A DNA stretch of 40,562 nt from Hyphochytrium catenoides (Eukaryota; Protista; Hyphochytriomycota): the NCBI GenBank assembly GCA_900088475.1, contig FLMG01002852.1, positions 1 to 40,562 of the forward strand, in the 5' to 3' direction. Shown piece after piece: positions 37,390 to 40,562 of the stretch. The notes beneath the pieces are model-generated. The model made no database searches. It was not told the origin of the DNA and worked only from the letters and a program-made list of their open reading frames with translations. The translations under genes and the position numbers were made by a program. The first letter of the stretch is position 1, and each line of letters starts with the position of its first letter.

Positions 37390-38352
37390 AGTCCCTATGT
37401 TTTATAAAGGATTAGTATGCAGCATATTATCTAACTTCGCCGCTTACATACAACCAGTCGCATCCTGTCTTCCATGTCTCGCTGTTGGAGATCTTTCTTC
37501 TATGGAGTCACAAGCAACACACCATAGTCCCTCGCCAGATATGGTCAATGGACGTGAGGAGTTCGACGTAGAAGCTATACTGTGAGATGTAAGGTCACGG
37601 TAAAAGATGAACTAGTCACGAGAAAGTTTTTGCGCTAGTAAATGTGAAGATAGCAACTCGAGCAACTGAGTCTTCGCTAAGCGCGACATGACAGCCTCTT
37701 CTGACCCCGATAAGATTGTATTCTCCGGAGATGAGAAAGGGAGACTGAGAGTCTCCTCTCATTATGCTTTGCATGCAGAAGGAAAGAGTAATAGGTCTTT
37801 CTTAACATAAAGTTCTACTCGTGAAAATGCATCATGAGAGACAACAAGCAAGCAAGATCAAAGGAGCCTGTCGACAAGAGAGGTTAGAAGGGAGAAAGCC
37901 TTCTCTCGTGAAAGCTCTATTACACTTGGACTGCTGACTTGATACTTGCACCTCTTCTGCAAACCTAGGAAGGCTCTCCACATGTCCTTCTATTATTCCC
38001 AGCGTAAATCCTTGTGCGCGTGTGCCAAAGCCAAGCAAGTGAGGCAGCTCCTGCTAGGAACAACTGAATCTCGGTTGCCTATAATAACACTTCGCTTTGT
38101 TAGGTATCAAAATCTTAACCCTTCAAGTGCTAACTAAAAGATGGGCGAGAGACCAAGACTCCGTGGATCAAATGACAGTTTGCATACTCCGTAGATTGTA
38201 TCGATAGAGTCCTCTGACGTTATCTACCTGATCTCCTTGTCGTTAACCATCCGTTAAGCTATAGGGATAAGGATGAGCTGTATCTCCATTTCCGACAAAT
38301 ATCTGTTGAAGTGGAAGGGTTACCTCGACGTGATGCTTCTTGGGAGCCAGAA
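37390..38352 (+). mobile_element. Relic of Ty3/Gypsy chromovirus integrase C-terminus (GPY/F domain plus interrupted chromodomain)
   Basis: Frameshifted motifs in order: SPYV (37390), AYYL (37422), HPVFHVSLLE (37461-37490), PSPDMVNGREEFDVEAI (~37530-37579), then after ~680 bp KYLLKWKGY / PRRDASWEPE (38297-38352). Confidence 0.8.
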
Positions 38353-39181
38353 GCTATGGACAATCATGCGGACAATCTGTTCACAAACTTTTGGCAAAGC
38401 AGAGAACCAACAATTCCTCGTTCTGTTTCACGACGCCGCTCCAGAGGACGTAGGAAGCTTACTTAGAAGTAGAGAGTTTAAGGAGAAACCTCCTCCTTAC
38501 GCAAACACGTTCTCTTCTTCTAGAGTTAATAATGCTCATATCATAGTATTTCCTCCTAGCTAGTGACAGTCGTTACCCATACAAGAAGCATGCTCATTCA
38601 CGCTCCCGACCGCTGTCCATCAGACCACTATTTTTCAACAATTTGCCCAGCGACCAGCAACAAGTCCCAACAAAATCAACGAACCGAACACTCAAAAATG
38701 CCAAGCAAGGGCTATCACCATTGGCTCCTTTGAAACTGACTGAAGTCCAGCTCTTCCCTATTGATGGTATCAAGAACCTCTACAGAGCCATGTGGTGTTG
38801 GAACATGTGGGATTCTCACACCAGGAATACGGTGATCAATGGGGCAACAAGCTTACAGGCATTGACTGGCAGCCAGCAGTATAGATGTCACAAGATTCAT
38901 GCCACAAATGCTCATCGTATGATTACATTGGCGATTAAACGTGCCTCAGAGGTACTCTAGACCAGTGAACTAGGATATATTTGACCACATTCGTAGTTGT
39001 TCTTCTCTTCTCCTTCTTTATCTGCTTGCATCTATGATATTCTTCTTACTCCTAGTAACTCTTTATGAAGTAGGTACCATGAGTAGGACTCTTAGGTATA
39101 GGGACAGTGAGGTTACCATTATCCTTCACTGCTCACTCCACTAATTACAATGACATCAACAACAGTTGTGTCACACCATTG

Positions 39182-39558
39182 TTACTAGCAAAACCTTCGC
39201 TTACTCTGTGCACTCGCTCCTCTTCTTAAGAACCTTACTGTTCTTACATGTGGTTATCTGATGACAGGGGCGGGATAAAGCATCTTTGGAAAGTGGAAGT
39301 ATGGTTATGCCAACTACGGAGCAGGGTACAGTACAACATCGATCCTACTACTACCACTACCGTTTCATCTCTTACTAGTTAGCAAGAACCTTCGCTTCTT
39401 ACTCTGTGCACTCGCTTCGTAAGAACCTTACCGTCCTTATTACATGTGGTTAGATGATGACAGGGGCGGGATCAAGCATCTTTGGAACGTGGAAGAAGTA
39501 TGATGGTTTGCGCACTACCGAACAGGGTACAGTACGTCCATCCCACTACCGTTTCATC
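39182..39558. repeat. Imperfect direct tandem repeat, two copies of ~187 bp
   Basis: 39182-39369 and 39372-39558 share ttactag..aaccttcgctt..actctgtgcactcgct..aagaaccttac..ttacatgtggtta..tgatgacaggggcgggat.aagcatctttggaa.gtggaag..cagggtacagtac..ccactaccgtttcatc. Confidence 0.9.
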
Positions 39559-40562
39559 GGGAGGGTCAATTACAAGACGACGGCTCAACTAACGAAGAAC
39601 AACACATTGGAGTACCAAGGTCAGATCTAATAATCACTAAGCGATAACTTCTAAGAGAGCAAACATAATCATACGCAGCATGCAGTTAGTTACAGGCAAC
39701 TGTCATGACTGTAACTGCGTCTGATGATGATGGTGACGTGACGGACAGCGGCGACCGACTTTGGAGACGACTACGACCATCCAGCAGCAGACTGTCTTTA
39801 TTTGTTACTTGCGAAAGGACTTCTTTGCTATATTCATCGAGGGCGGACAGACGATGGGCGGTCTCAAGACGGAGAAGATGACAAGCTTCAACACTCGAGC
39901 AGATGACGTTACACAGAAGATCATCAGTGGTTACCGATGATATAGTTCTACATGATGCATGCTACCTTAAGGGGGGTACTAACTACGAAGGAGGAGTCTT
40001 CGTCTCTGTTTGCTTGATCAGGAAGAATCGGAGGAGATGAGACCTATTCCGAATTACTTCTTCTCATCAGGTTATAGCTCTCATCATCTCTTCTCATCCC
40101 ATGTGACGACGATCTGAGGAAGTATAGTAATCCAGTCGTCGTGTGGGAAGTGTATCAGAGTTTGATCTAGTCAACATGTCTTATAAAGTGCAATTTGATA
40201 TGGTAGTCATTAGAGCGCCTCTGCTATGATGAACTCGGTTAGTTGCAAAACGTTATTGTCTTTTGTTTTGTTTCCCAGTTTCAAGCTTTCTTCCTTCTTC
40301 TTCTGTCATCTTTCCCACGATAAGCTCTTCACATTAAAAGTCCACGAACCTAGAGCTTTGAGCAACCAAATTGGACTCTTCTGAACACAGACAAGAAACA
40401 TCATAGACCCTCATTGGGCTAACAGCTAGCAATCGTGGGTGGGTGCAACTGCGGCAGGTATTGCAGGCGGCAATTACAACTGAAGAACTTCTCTATCTAC
40501 TACTTGTAGGTTACTTATACGCCTGCAGAGGTTAGGGGATGGGTCATCCCCTTGTAACGGAC

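Noticed and set aside
38643-38960. ORF with faint Copia integrase-like words (RAM..W...TRN...T..QALTG)
   Set aside because: Too degenerate to support a feature call without a search.

Overview
Eukaryotic genomic DNA (spliceosomal introns, CT/GA microsatellites, two N gaps) from a flagellated organism. A stramenopile or oomycete-like lineage is plausible but is only inference. The window has two compartments. Left (2.3-17.2 kb): three intron-rich conserved genes on the + strand, namely a CFAP70-like C2/TPR ciliary protein, a SIW14-type phosphatase that needs a GC-AG intron, and SDA1. Right (17.5-40.5 kb): only intronless genes amid decayed DNA, namely a catechol O-methyltransferase, a type II membrane protein with 12 NHL repeats, and four ~150-aa copies of an unrecognised secreted prepro-protein (signal peptide, Trp-rich 4-Cys domain of ~90 aa, acidic tail). 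Three copies lie in a tandem triplication of a ~3.4-4.4 kb convergent unit [NHL gene >< secreted gene]. In that array the duplicated NHL segments decayed into pseudogenes while the secreted genes stayed intact and show conflicting shared substitutions that suggest gene conversion. The fourth copy is inverted and sits among retroelement relics, including a split chromovirus chromodomain. The secreted domain has a motif resembling the Gnk2/DUF26 (ginkbilobin/fungal lectin-like) fold, and this amplified family is the best candidate for an undescribed system. Exon boundaries and homology limits were read by eye.
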